Below, in pieces: positions 1 through 9,958 of a stretch of DNA of 64,000 nucleotides. Source of the DNA: a virus (lineage: Duplodnaviria > Caudoviricetes). The stretch is from positions 64,001 to 128,000 of IMG/VR virus record IMGVR_UViG_3300032319_001025. One strand, written 5' to 3'. The notes below the pieces were generated by a model, which saw only the letters and a list, made by a program, of their open reading frames with translations, ran no database searches and was not told the DNA's origin. Made by a program: the position numbers and the translations under genes. The stretch's first letter is position 1. Every line of letters starts with the position of its first letter.

Positions 1-194
1 CCAGAAGATACCATGCTCTCGCATAATTGTGCGTGCCAATTAATTTGGCCGCCAGCCATTACAAGAATAGGATTGTCAATGGTAATTTTATGAAGTCCAG
101 ACTTCACTATTAATTTTTTGTCAAACGAAAGACTAAAATTACTAAAAACATCCTTATCTATTCTTTTTGTTTTTTTAACAATAACCTGCCGCAT
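1..194 (-). CDS. hypothetical protein, partial (runs off window start)
   Basis: My translation: ATG at 194, immediately after the stop of 196..636, reads MRQVIVKKTKRIDKDVF... open to base 1. Confidence 0.65.
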   Translation of the reverse strand, partial: MRQVIVKKTKRIDKDVFSNFSLSFDKKLIVKSGLHKITIDNPILVMAGGQINWHAQLCESMVSS

Positions 195-195
195 T

Positions 196-636
196 TTATC
201 CTACTTTCAATGCCTTGGAAATTTCATCTGCGGAATATAAATGCATTTTAGATTCACTAAGTAAACTTTTTAATTGTGGAAAAAACTCTTCTATCAATTG
301 CACATCTTCTGAGTCTAAACCGTAATTTCTTCCACCTTCGTAAGTATGAAGTGCTTCTAACATAAAGTTAATTCCGTGATCGGTAAAATAAAACAATTTG
401 CTTTTAGCTCTTTCAACTGTTGTATAAGTTGGCAAAGGTCCAGACAATTCTTCGAAAGAATTAAAAAGTCTAGTAAAATCTTTATATTTTAATTCGAGTT
501 TTACTGTATCAGGATCGCTAGCTATTTTATTCATTATTTCTTTAGTTTTATACTTAACCATGTTTTTAAGCAATAGTTTCAAAACTAATTGTTCATGAGG
601 AATTAATGAAGCTACATGATATTTTTTGTCTGACAC
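196..636 (-). CDS. hypothetical protein
   Basis: 146-aa ORF, GTG start preceded by GAGG. Confidence 0.7.
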   Translation of the reverse strand: MSDKKYHVASLIPHEQLVLKLLLKNMVKYKTKEIMNKIASDPDTVKLELKYKDFTRLFNSFEELSGPLPTYTTVERAKSKLFYFTDHGINFMLEALHTYEGGRNYGLDSEDVQLIEEFFPQLKSLLSESKMHLYSADEISKALKVG

Positions 637-808
637 TTGAACCTCGTATTTTTACTTATTATTAATAAATATACCAAAAAAGTCAACAGTTACAAAAATT
701 TACACAATAAAAATATTATTGTATTATATATAAGATTATGATAGAATATACACTGTTGTACAAATATTTAATAAAAACAATAACTTAGGGTTTTTAAAAA
801 GGCTAGAA

Positions 809-1003
809 ATGAAAATTTTAAATTTAAGAATTTTATTAGCATTTTTAAGCGCTGGTTACGCAGTTGCTGGTTTGGGCGTTTTTTTAACTTCTTTAATTTA
901 TATGGATTTTAAGATAAGTATTGCAACTTTAGCAGCTTTGTTAATTTATGCGTTTTTTGTAAACGATACCATTAGGCTTTACAAAGAAAGCCAAAAACAG
1001 TAG
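809..1003 (+). CDS. small two-TM membrane protein
   Basis: 64 aa, two hydrophobic stretches, charged C-terminal tail. Confidence 0.6.
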   Translation: MKILNLRILLAFLSAGYAVAGLGVFLTSLIYMDFKISIATLAALLIYAFFVNDTIRLYKESQKQ

Positions 1004-1006
1004 TAT
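978..1006 (+). promoter_or_regulatory. sigma-70-like promoter for the tail operon
   Basis: TTTACA(978-983)-N17-TAGTAT(1001-1006), then AAGGAG RBS before ATG 1029. Confidence 0.5.
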
Positions 1007-1028
1007 ATTAGCATAATAAGGAGATATC

Positions 1029-1421
1029 ATGGAAAAGTTTGTCCAGTTTAGCGTTTCTGAAAAAGGTGAAAATAGCGGCAGAGATTATTCTGGAGTTTTT
1101 AAAGTTAAAACTCTTTTAACAAGATCTGATATGTTTTTGTCCGACCAAAGACGCAGGGATATTTTAGGACCCAACGGAGAAACAGCTTTAGATGCTTTGA
1201 AAGCAGAAGCATTCATGCTAGGTCAGTTATATGTAAGAATCGTCGAGGCCCCCAAATTTTGGAGCGAATCAAATTTTGGACTAGAGCTAGAGGACGTGAA
1301 CGTTATTAGTGCATTATTTAGCAAGTGCATGGAAATTGAAAATGAAAGAAAAACTGGTTTGTCAAAAAAAGCTGATGATGCTAAACAATCTTTAATTAAA
1401 AAAGATGAAACAAAAGAATAA
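1029..1421 (+). CDS. tail assembly chaperone (gpG-like)
   Basis: Size, acidic helical character and position two genes before the tape measure; strong RBS. Confidence 0.6.
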   Translation: MEKFVQFSVSEKGENSGRDYSGVFKVKTLLTRSDMFLSDQRRRDILGPNGETALDALKAEAFMLGQLYVRIVEAPKFWSESNFGLELEDVNVISALFSKCMEIENERKTGLSKKADDAKQSLIKKDETKE

Positions 1422-1427
1422 TGAAAA

Positions 1428-1865
1428 GTGGATTCAAAAACTTTAAAAGCTATTCAAATATTGGCTATTAACGCCATTGAAAACCCTTCATATGAAGACC
1501 AGTTTAGATTTATTTGTAGATGGTTTTCGAAAACATTTTCTATACCATTAAACAAAGTAGACGAGTTCCTTGAAGAAGAAATATTACAAGCCTGGTTCGA
1601 AGAGCGTTTTAAGGAGATGCTGGATAGTGGCGATGATGAGCAGCGCAAAGCTTATGAAGAAATAAGGCAAAATATTTTATACGAAGAAGAACTAAAAACT
1701 GCAGAAGATGAGGACGAAGAGTGGGTAAAAGAAATGCAGCGTCAAGTTGAAGAAGATCAAAAAAAGCAACAATCTCAAAGCCTTCCTGAAGAACTTAATC
1801 TATTAGACATACCAGAACAAGGCGATTTAAGCGATTTGTCATTTATTGATGACATTGAAAGCTAA
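1428..1865 (+). CDS. second tail assembly chaperone-like protein (gpT position)
   Basis: Very acidic 145-aa ORF directly upstream of the tape measure. Confidence 0.5.
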   Translation: MDSKTLKAIQILAINAIENPSYEDQFRFICRWFSKTFSIPLNKVDEFLEEEILQAWFEERFKEMLDSGDDEQRKAYEEIRQNILYEEELKTAEDEDEEWVKEMQRQVEEDQKKQQSQSLPEELNLLDIPEQGDLSDLSFIDDIES

Positions 1866-1888
1866 TAGTCTATTAATTTTAATTACTT

Positions 1889-3883
1889 ATGCCTAATGAA
1901 CATAGTATAATTATTAATCTAACTCTTGATGCGCAAAAATCTCAAGAAGTTTTAAAAACTTTTAAAGAGTTTAATGATAGTTTTAAAGGTTTAAGCATAT
2001 CTTTAGATGAGCTTGACAAAAAAGGTCTAAACACGTTTGACAAGCTTTTAAATATTCTAAGTTCTTCCAGAACAGGCGACGCAACTAAAAAAGTTCAAGA
2101 ATTAAGTAGTGCATTAAAAGATCTTTTTGTTTCTGCTGGTGGCATAGCAGGTGTAAGCGGCGCAGATGGTGAGCAAAGAGAGGACAAGGACAAGGACAAG
2201 GACAAGGACAAGGACAAGGACAAGGACAAGGACAGCCAAGGGTCTGCAAAAGGTGGTCCAAATCAATTTCCAGGCGGAATGTCATCTTTACTAAGGATGA
2301 TGGGATTAGGTCCTGTTTCGGGTATGATGCTTGGTGGCGCTGCAGCAATGGCTGCCGCTCCAATGTTAATAAGTCAAACATCTGGACTTGTAAATTATTA
2401 TAGAACTATAGAATCTATTGTAACGGCTGGATCCCAAGACGTTCTAAGAAGACCTTATAGAGAGGCAATATCTGGAGATATAACTTTAGAACTATTAAGA
2501 AGCTCTAAAGTAGGAATTGGCACTGAAAGAGCCAAAATTTTAGAAGACATTAAAATGGGTCAAGGCGACCTTACAAAACAATATAATGAAGCTTTTCAAG
2601 CCGCAATAACTCAAGGATCGCCATTAGCTGCATTTCAAGCCATGTTTAATATACGTGGCGATGCATTAATGAATGCATTAGTTGGATATGCAAGACAGGG
2701 GCAAGAAATTGATGTAGCAAGATACGGTGAAGCAGGAAGATACGCTGGAATGGAACAAGCTCTTTACCAACCTTTTAACAGAACTTTTCAGCTTTATGGA
2801 TACGGAGCAACAAAAAATATTTTAAGGGCTTTCCAAGGAGCTGGAAGAACTCAAGAAGAAGTTTTGGCTGCTCAACAATACGCTGCAGCAGCTGGATTAG
2901 GAATTACAGGAATTAACGTTGAAAATACAGCGCTGGCTAGAAGGTTTGGATTTTCTGGTACAGCCGAACAAGCAGTTGCAATGTTTGGAGACCCTAGAAC
3001 TACAGGAACAAGAAACGCTTTGTTTGGCGCAATTAATATGATGATGGGAGGACCAGTAGGCGCGCCTGGAACAGAGCTTTTTTCTGATTTGGCTGCTCAA
3101 AGAATGATGCAGTTTTTACCGTATGGAAACGTTCAAGTATCTCAAGCTTTAGCACCTCTTACCGCTGCTGCTGGATATTTAGAAACGTCAGGTCTTACGC
3201 CAGGCCAGCAAGCTGCTCAACAACAAAGAGTATCTGGATATCTTGAATCTCAAACTCAAAAAGGCGGAGTTGCTGATATAGCTGGCGTTAAAACTTTATT
3301 TAATTTAGGTATTAAAAATCAAGCTCAAGCAGAATATGTATTAGATCTTTTTAGAAAAGGAAGATCAAGCGATGCTATTAAATATTTGAAAAATTTAGGT
3401 ATTACTACAACAGTCGAAGAATTAAGAGAAAGCGAAGCTGAAATACTGAAGCCTCTTGTAAGATCCGCTTACGCTCCTTATGGAGATACATCAAAAATGA
3501 CTGTATCGCCTCTTACCTTTGCGACAGTAAAAGGAGGGGCTACAGCTGAAAGAGAAGCTGAAGCAATATCAGCTGCAACTTTTGGAATTGAAACTCCAGA
3601 AACCGCTGCGGTAGCTGGTAGAGCAATTGCCCCAGGCACAGAAGTTGGTATGGCGGCTTTTAAGCAAGTAATGGATGCTGTTAAATTAGCGGATCAAAGA
3701 GGAATTAATGTTGTTCAGTTTTTGGTAAACGCTTACGCTACAATGTCAAAAGAGCTAAGCTCTCAACTTGAAACTTTACCAAGCGGATCGCCTAAAAATT
3801 TTAGCGGAACAAATCAAAAACAGCTATTACCAAAGGGCGCATCTAAAGGTTCTGAAGATATTTTGCAAAAACGTGGTAAATAA
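1889..3883 (+). CDS. tape measure protein (short)
   Basis: Ala/Gly/Gln-rich helical 664 aa, N-terminal 'IIINLTLDA', located between chaperones and hub. Confidence 0.65.
   Translation: MPNEHSIIINLTLDAQKSQEVLKTFKEFNDSFKGLSISLDELDKKGLNTFDKLLNILSSSRTGDATKKVQELSSALKDLFVSAGGIAGVSGADGEQREDKDKDKDKDKDKDKDKDSQGSAKGGPNQFPGGMSSLLRMMGLGPVSGMMLGGAAAMAAAPMLISQTSGLVNYYRTIESIVTAGSQDVLRRPYREAISGDITLELLRSSKVGIGTERAKILEDIKMGQGDLTKQYNEAFQAAITQGSPLAAFQAMFNIRGDALMNALVGYARQGQEIDVARYGEAGRYAGMEQALYQPFNRTFQLYGYGATKNILRAFQGAGRTQEEVLAAQQYAAAAGLGITGINVENTALARRFGFSGTAEQAVAMFGDPRTTGTRNALFGAINMMMGGPVGAPGTELFSDLAAQRMMQFLPYGNVQVSQALAPLTAAAGYLETSGLTPGQQAAQQQRVSGYLESQTQKGGVADIAGVKTLFNLGIKNQAQAEYVLDLFRKGRSSDAIKYLKNLGITTTVEELRESEAEILKPLVRSAYAPYGDTSKMTVSPLTFATVKGGATAEREAEAISAATFGIETPETAAVAGRAIAPGTEVGMAAFKQVMDAVKLADQRGINVVQFLVNAYATMSKELSSQLETLPSGSPKNFSGTNQKQLLPKGASKGSEDILQKRGK
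2183..2234 (+). repeat. perfect (GACAAG)8+GACA microsatellite encoding (DK)8D
   Basis: Counted directly in the sequence. Confidence 0.95.
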
Positions 3884-5832
3884 TGAATTCACCAGTTTAC
3901 GAAATTAAAATGTCATCATCCGATTCGCATCAAACAAGCCCATCTTGGATGGTTTGTTTTGTTAGAAACAGCGAAGTTTCTATATCATCATCTTTGCCAA
4001 GTTTTCAAAATGCTTCCCAGAGAGGCTCTTTTAAAAATGATTTTATTGTTACCAAAAACGATTGTGTATCTATCAATATAACAAATTCTAAAAGTTCACC
4101 ATCTAAAAACTGTTCATTGGGAATGAAAGTTACAGACATTAATTATCAAAATGCGATAGCTGCTGGTGATTGGGTATTTGTTTGGATTAATAACAATGAA
4201 GAAAAAATAAACGAACTTTACGATATTTTATCTGGGTCAAAATTTGAAAATTTTAAAACTTTAACAGATGTAGGTTCTGGGTTAAAATTTTTTGGTAGGG
4301 TGCTAAGCGTATCAAGTTCTACAAACATATCTTCTAATGGTATTAAAACGGTATTTCAAACTATAAATTGTCAATCTTTTTTAGAATTAATGTCCTCTAT
4401 TTATTTTGCCTATACCTTAACAAGCCTTGCAAGTTTAAAAAATACTCAAGAAAATATTGCTTTTGATTTAAGAAAACAAACTATATTTAAAAATGCATCA
4501 GATGACTTTTTTAATACAGTTGCCGTTGGAAACGGTATCATAGGAAGACCTATAGATTTAGTAACTTCAGATTTTTTACTTTTTTTATTGGGATATCCAA
4601 ATTTTCTTGGTGAAACTCAAATATCTTTCTCAGAACCTATAAAGTTACCAAATTTTGTTTGTCAGGTTTTGGGAAGAGAAAATGCAAAAGAGGTATGGGA
4701 AATATACAGTATAATATCTGGTATACAAAAATATAAATCAGGAATTGCAAATAATTCTACAGATCTGATGGTTCCAGAAAACATTACTAAAGGCAGTAAT
4801 AACGTTTTATATTTAACAGATACCAGAACTTTAACAGAATATACATTTCAAAGACCTCCGATATGGACAAATGAAACATTATGGAACGTTTTAAGTCAAT
4901 TCCATGACAGTATGGTAAATGAAATGTTTTCAAGCTTGAGAATAAATCCAGAAGGTCAAATAGGGCCAGTTTTTACTGTACGCGAAAAACCTTTTAGTAC
5001 TGGATTAATAAATTTTATAGAAAAGGGTTCTCTACAGATTGGAATTAATTCTAGTCCAATACAAAAAAATACATCGATTTCATCTTCTAATCCATTTAAT
5101 AATGAAAACGATCAAAAAATTAATAATCAGTTGGATGAATCCCTAACAAAAAAAAGAACAATGTTTTATAATTTACCAAGATGGAAAATGCCGTTGAGTA
5201 TGGTAAAAAACTTAAATACTTATACATCAGATGGGGATAGGATTAATTTTGTTCAGGTTTGGGGGAGAAACGGCTCTGACTTAGCCTCTTCTTTAAATCC
5301 TGAAAGTAAAATTTCTTCTAGCATAACTAACTATAATTTTGTTGAAGACAGAAAAGATATACAAAAAAATGGGTTGAGGGCCGATGTATCCGTAACAAAC
5401 TTCCCTTTATTGCTTCAAACAAACGTTAATTTTTATACAGTGTGCGCCAAAAAAAGAGCAGATTGGTTATTCAATGGCCACTTAAAATTATCTGGAACTG
5501 TAAGCTGCTTCGGAATACAAGATCCTATAGCAGAAGGTGACAACATTGAAATAGACGGGGTTCTATACCATATAGAATCTGTTAATCATAATTGTTCCAT
5601 TTCTCCTGGCGGGATTAAAACTTTTAGTACAAATATTCAATTAACAAATGGATTAATTTCGAGGTTCTTAAATGATAGCCAGCCTCCCATATATCCATTA
5701 CAATTAGGTTTAACTCCAGAACAAAATAATATTAGTTTTAATAATAATGAAACTATTTCAAGTAAATTTATAAAAGAAAATCCAGGCACAATAATTCAAG
5801 ATAACGCAATATTAAGAATAGACGAGGAATAA
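3883..5832 (+). CDS. baseplate hub protein (gp27/gpD-like)
   Basis: Follows tape measure with TAATG overlap; C-terminal 'SGTVSCFG..IAEGDNI...LYHIESVNH....FSTNIQL' is typical of hub proteins. Confidence 0.65.
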   Translation: MNSPVYEIKMSSSDSHQTSPSWMVCFVRNSEVSISSSLPSFQNASQRGSFKNDFIVTKNDCVSINITNSKSSPSKNCSLGMKVTDINYQNAIAAGDWVFVWINNNEEKINELYDILSGSKFENFKTLTDVGSGLKFFGRVLSVSSSTNISSNGIKTVFQTINCQSFLELMSSIYFAYTLTSLASLKNTQENIAFDLRKQTIFKNASDDFFNTVAVGNGIIGRPIDLVTSDFLLFLLGYPNFLGETQISFSEPIKLPNFVCQVLGRENAKEVWEIYSIISGIQKYKSGIANNSTDLMVPENITKGSNNVLYLTDTRTLTEYTFQRPPIWTNETLWNVLSQFHDSMVNEMFSSLRINPEGQIGPVFTVREKPFSTGLINFIEKGSLQIGINSSPIQKNTSISSSNPFNNENDQKINNQLDESLTKKRTMFYNLPRWKMPLSMVKNLNTYTSDGDRINFVQVWGRNGSDLASSLNPESKISSSITNYNFVEDRKDIQKNGLRADVSVTNFPLLLQTNVNFYTVCAKKRADWLFNGHLKLSGTVSCFGIQDPIAEGDNIEIDGVLYHIESVNHNCSISPGGIKTFSTNIQLTNGLISRFLNDSQPPIYPLQLGLTPEQNNISFNNNETISSKFIKENPGTIIQDNAILRIDEE

Positions 5833-5844
5833 AAAGAGGTATTT

Positions 5845-6588
5845 ATGGAAGGCTTAGAATTAGGAAAGCTTTTGTTGGGGCAAGTAATAGAGGTACTGCC
5901 GCCAAGTGATGAAAGAAATTTTTATAAATATCAGCACGTTTATAAAGTAAAATTAAAGTTAGATCTTTTTGCCCAAACAAACTATTATTGCATTAAAACT
6001 GATGCATTTGGTTCTACAGTTAATTTTAAAGATGAAATATTAGATGTTGGTGCTAAAGTTTTTGTTACATTCTTAAATGAAGATTTTAGTTTTGGTATTA
6101 TTTTGGGCGCTAGCAGGTTCTTCCCTTCACCAACAGATTCCAGCTTAGGAAAACATACAAAAACCGTATTTAATGATGTAGAAGAACATGTATCTAAAGA
6201 AGGTAATTATTCTGTAAAATCGCTAACTACAGGGGTAAATGTTCAAGTAAATACTAAAAGTATAGTATTAGATGATGCATCTGGAGATAAAATTACAATA
6301 GATAAAGAAAATAAAAAAATAACTATACAGTGTGAAACATGGAGTGTAGAAGTTAAAGGTAATGCAACTATAAATGTTTCTAAAAATGCTGAAATTACAG
6401 CCAAAAACATAAACGTAACTGCAAACGGCAATACTAATTTAACTTCTTCTGGGGTGACGCAAGTAACAGCTTCATTAGTGCAGATAAACGGCGGATCTGG
6501 CGGCGTTATGACAGATAATTTAAACCCTGTTGTAGATTTTATAACTGGAGTTCCATCAATTGGTGTTCCAAACGTTAGATCTGGTTGA
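5845..6588 (+). CDS. baseplate central spike (gpV/gp5-like)
   Basis: N-terminal OB-like part ('VGAKVFVTFLN..IILG'), C-terminal beta-helix repeats ('VKGNATINVSKNAEITAKNINVTANGN'). Confidence 0.75.
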   Translation: MEGLELGKLLLGQVIEVLPPSDERNFYKYQHVYKVKLKLDLFAQTNYYCIKTDAFGSTVNFKDEILDVGAKVFVTFLNEDFSFGIILGASRFFPSPTDSSLGKHTKTVFNDVEEHVSKEGNYSVKSLTTGVNVQVNTKSIVLDDASGDKITIDKENKKITIQCETWSVEVKGNATINVSKNAEITAKNINVTANGNTNLTSSGVTQVTASLVQINGGSGGVMTDNLNPVVDFITGVPSIGVPNVRSG

Positions 6589-6594
6589 TTTTTT

Positions 6595-7278
6595 ATGCCA
6601 ATAATTGGTACTAAATTAGGTATTTTGATTAGGAAAAAAATGATAGAGAACATTTCTGCACTTAGCGGAAAAAGCCCCTCTGACCAACCTAATCCTGAAT
6701 ATTTTAATAATTTTTGTATTGGTCTTGGTAACGGTATAGCTAAAGAAACGCATTTAATTGTTTTTAAAACCGTTGATACTGGATTAATTAATCCTTTAGG
6801 CGGTACTGGTATCGGAACTGGAAAGGGCATTAAATTTAATAGTGATTACATGGTCAAAACGGCATACGAAAAGATACGTTCGGAAGTGATAAGGATGTTT
6901 GGGCATACAACCCATGCTCCATATCCGCCGCCAGCAAAAAATTCTGGCGAATATCTTGTGGCTATTTTAAAAGCTATAGCAGATTCCATAAAAGAGGTAT
7001 ATTCAACAGATTTAATTTTAAATTCAGTTCATTATCCAGTTTGTACTGGTATAGGTTTTATAAAAGAAGGCGGTTTTAGCGGCTTAGTAGAAATAAATAT
7101 AAAAAATTCAATAATTTCAATAATTCCGTCATTTAAAGGTGAGTTTTGGCCAAACTTTGCTGAAATTATTGCAAGCTCTTACGTTGATGCAGTACATAAT
7201 CATTCAACAGCTAAAGTCGTAATAGTAGGTGCTGGTGCGGCACCAGGTAAAGGCACTGGATTTGGTAAAGTAACTTAA
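6595..7278 (+). CDS. virion/baseplate protein
   Basis: In operon after the spike; two internal repeats ending in G-T-G-x-G. Confidence 0.55.
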   Translation: MPIIGTKLGILIRKKMIENISALSGKSPSDQPNPEYFNNFCIGLGNGIAKETHLIVFKTVDTGLINPLGGTGIGTGKGIKFNSDYMVKTAYEKIRSEVIRMFGHTTHAPYPPPAKNSGEYLVAILKAIADSIKEVYSTDLILNSVHYPVCTGIGFIKEGGFSGLVEINIKNSIISIIPSFKGEFWPNFAEIIASSYVDAVHNHSTAKVVIVGAGAAPGKGTGFGKVT

Positions 7279-7300
7279 TTTTATTAATATAGAGACATTT

Positions 7301-9886
7301 ATGAGCAATATTTATAACAGTGAAAATCCTATACCACTTGAAAGTGAACAAACGCAATCAGCCGCGCCTTTTATACAAGATCCGCAGGTTCCAACTGACA
7401 ATATCGACAAAGTATTAAATATTGAAAATGAAATAACTGAAAAAACATTAGTTAGCGATCTTTTTTACAATTTTGCATCAATAGACGGTTTAGACTTTAG
7501 AAAAATATATCCATATAGTTTTGTAATTTATGATGAAGAATCTGGTAGTGGCAGAGAAATATTTCTACCACTTCCGCCAAGCGCATTTACAATGGATATA
7601 CCATCCGCAACTCAATTAACGGTTACTTTAGGCGGTATAGTAGAGGAAAGCAACGGGGCACCATTAAGAACCATTAATATATCTGGAAGCACTGGAATAA
7701 TAAACTCCAAAGATTTTATATTGCCAATAGAGCAGGATGGTTTTTTAAAGCCAGACCCAGCAGGAGACAATAGGACCAGCGATTCGCCCGATGGTTCATC
7801 GTCAGATTTTTTAAGTCTTGCAACTGATTATGCAATTAAAACCGCTGTAGGAACAGCTTCTGGTGCTCTTTCTAACACATTAGGCCAACTTCAAAGCACA
7901 TATAATTCTATTGCAAACGCAATTCAAAAAACAGTTAGACCCTTTGGTGGTTCAATAAATTTTTATCCATTAAACAAGTCTGATAATGACATTCAGAAAA
8001 AAACTGGATTTTATTGGTTTCATTCATTATTGAGATTTTTTGAATATTATCTACATATTAAAAAAACTGAAGAAGGTAAGAAAATACGTTTAATCTTTAA
8101 CGTTTATAAAGATAGGCAGTTTTTTTATGTTACTATTAATAATTTTAGATGGCAAAAAATACCAGGTAGCATAGAGTACAACTACTCTATCAGTTTGACT
8201 GCATGGAAAAAGGTTCAGCCTAATACAATTAAACAAGGCGATTCTATTGTACCTGTATCCTCAAGCTTTAATATTTTTGACACTTTAAGACAAGGAATAA
8301 CAGGGGTCCGACAGATTGTTTTATCTTTGCAGAAAGTTTTTTATGCGGCTAATCAAGATATTTATGAGAACGTTCTAGTACCACTCAGCGAAATCAATCT
8401 TTTGATTAAAGACAAGGCTGGTTTATCTAAAACGTGTGGCGATTTCTTTGATCAATTTGAAAATGGATCGTTTAAAAATTCTGTTTCTAGATATGTCAAA
8501 TCAAATGAAGTTTTGTACAATGAATTAATTCAGGTAAGTACTAAAACTAATTATGTTTATGGCAGCCCTCAATCAAATAGTACCGCTTCTTTAGATAAAG
8601 ATAATAAAAATCTAAGCTCTAGCCAATCTCAAACCAATATTTTACCAGAGGACATGATTAAAAATCCTTATAAATATTGGAATTTTTATGATGAAATTCC
8701 CATAGATTCCTTACAGTTAGATCAAAAAACGAGAAGTGCGATTAATTCTAAGGTAAACGCTGTAAGAAGTTTTACTATTTATGACTTAAAGAAAAGGAAA
8801 GAAAAATTAGAATTATTTTCTAAAACTTTTTCCGAATCTGCTGTTAAAGACAAGGGCCTTAACCTGAATGAAGTCTCTCTATCTGCGCAGCTTAATAGCT
8901 TAATAATGATTTGTGACGTTTTAATTAACTATTACAAGAATCAGCCTAAAAACGTATCAAACGATTATTATAATTATTATGTAGATTATGCGGTTTCTAA
9001 TGGTCTAGATTTAACCAAAGCAAGATCTAAATTTTTTGTACCATTTCCAGTCGGAGTCACATTAGAATCTTTAGCGGTTCAATATTTAAAAGATGCTGGC
9101 AGATGGCTAGAAATAGCCGCCTTAAACGGACTAAAAGCACCTTATGTAGATGAAGAAGGCTTTGATTTATATTTAAAATCTAACGGCAATCAATCAACTA
9201 TACTGTTATCTACTAGAGAAAACTTATATGTTGGTCAAGTTGTTACGATTTCATCTGACACGGAGCAAAACAAAAAAATTAAAATCAAAGAGATAACAGA
9301 ATTTTCAAAAAATGAGTATCTAATATCATTTGAAGGGGAACTGGATTTATCAATATATAAGCTGCCTGATAATGCTAAAATACATGCTTATTTACCAAAT
9401 ACTGTAAATTCAGATATGTTGATAGCAATACCTTCAAACTCTACACCAATTAATCAAAACCAAGTAAACTTAGGTCCTGGGCTTGATCAATTAAATAGTG
9501 TTGCTCAAATGTCCAAGATAGATTTGCTATTAACTAATAATGGTGACATAGCATTAACTCCTGGCGGTGATATTAGAAGAGCGACGGGATTTACAAATCT
9601 TTCTCAGGCAGCAAAAATAAAGCTATTAACAAGACAGGGTTCAATGTTACATAGACCTAATTTTGGTAACCCTCTACAGGATGGGATATCAATAGCTAAT
9701 TTTGATGCAAAAAAATATTTATCTCAACTAAATCAAACATTTGGTCAAGATCAAAGATTTACTGGTATATTATTTAGTAATATAAAAGTTGCAGGCCCAG
9801 CCGTTGACGTAACCTTGTTGATAGGTACAAGTAATGCTGGTGTCAACCTGCCAATTACTACAACGGTTCCAATTAGCAATGTTTAA
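7301..9886 (+). CDS. baseplate fusion protein: tube-initiator-like N-terminus + LysM-like + C-terminal gp25/gpW domain
   Basis: 'TLESLAVQYLKDAGRWLEIAALNGL' (LysM/gpX-like); 'GDIAL..GGDI....GFTNLSQA....LLTRQGSMLHRPNFG' (gp25-like); directly upstream of J. Confidence 0.65.
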   Translation: MSNIYNSENPIPLESEQTQSAAPFIQDPQVPTDNIDKVLNIENEITEKTLVSDLFYNFASIDGLDFRKIYPYSFVIYDEESGSGREIFLPLPPSAFTMDIPSATQLTVTLGGIVEESNGAPLRTINISGSTGIINSKDFILPIEQDGFLKPDPAGDNRTSDSPDGSSSDFLSLATDYAIKTAVGTASGALSNTLGQLQSTYNSIANAIQKTVRPFGGSINFYPLNKSDNDIQKKTGFYWFHSLLRFFEYYLHIKKTEEGKKIRLIFNVYKDRQFFYVTINNFRWQKIPGSIEYNYSISLTAWKKVQPNTIKQGDSIVPVSSSFNIFDTLRQGITGVRQIVLSLQKVFYAANQDIYENVLVPLSEINLLIKDKAGLSKTCGDFFDQFENGSFKNSVSRYVKSNEVLYNELIQVSTKTNYVYGSPQSNSTASLDKDNKNLSSSQSQTNILPEDMIKNPYKYWNFYDEIPIDSLQLDQKTRSAINSKVNAVRSFTIYDLKKRKEKLELFSKTFSESAVKDKGLNLNEVSLSAQLNSLIMICDVLINYYKNQPKNVSNDYYNYYVDYAVSNGLDLTKARSKFFVPFPVGVTLESLAVQYLKDAGRWLEIAALNGLKAPYVDEEGFDLYLKSNGNQSTILLSTRENLYVGQVVTISSDTEQNKKIKIKEITEFSKNEYLISFEGELDLSIYKLPDNAKIHAYLPNTVNSDMLIAIPSNSTPINQNQVNLGPGLDQLNSVAQMSKIDLLLTNNGDIALTPGGDIRRATGFTNLSQAAKIKLLTRQGSMLHRPNFGNPLQDGISIANFDAKKYLSQLNQTFGQDQRFTGILFSNIKVAGPAVDVTLLIGTSNAGVNLPITTTVPISNV

Positions 9887-9890
9887 ATTG

Positions 9891-9923
9891 TTGATTTAAT
9901 TGTTTTTTTTGGTTTAACTTAAT
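9891..9923 (+). promoter_or_regulatory. candidate late promoter TTGATTT-N17-TAACTTAAT (copy 1)
   Basis: Same motif and spacing at 19516-19548. Confidence 0.5.
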
Positions 9924-9958
9924 ATATTAAATATAAGTACAATTTATTTAGGAAGTAG

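Noticed and set aside
1391-1430. Programmed -1 frameshift between the tail chaperones (TAAAAAAG)
   Set aside because: The two ORFs are in the same frame separated by TAA TGA, so a -1 shift would not fuse them
2085-2381. (CP)n metal-binding protein
   Set aside because: Reverse-strand reading of the GACAAG microsatellite
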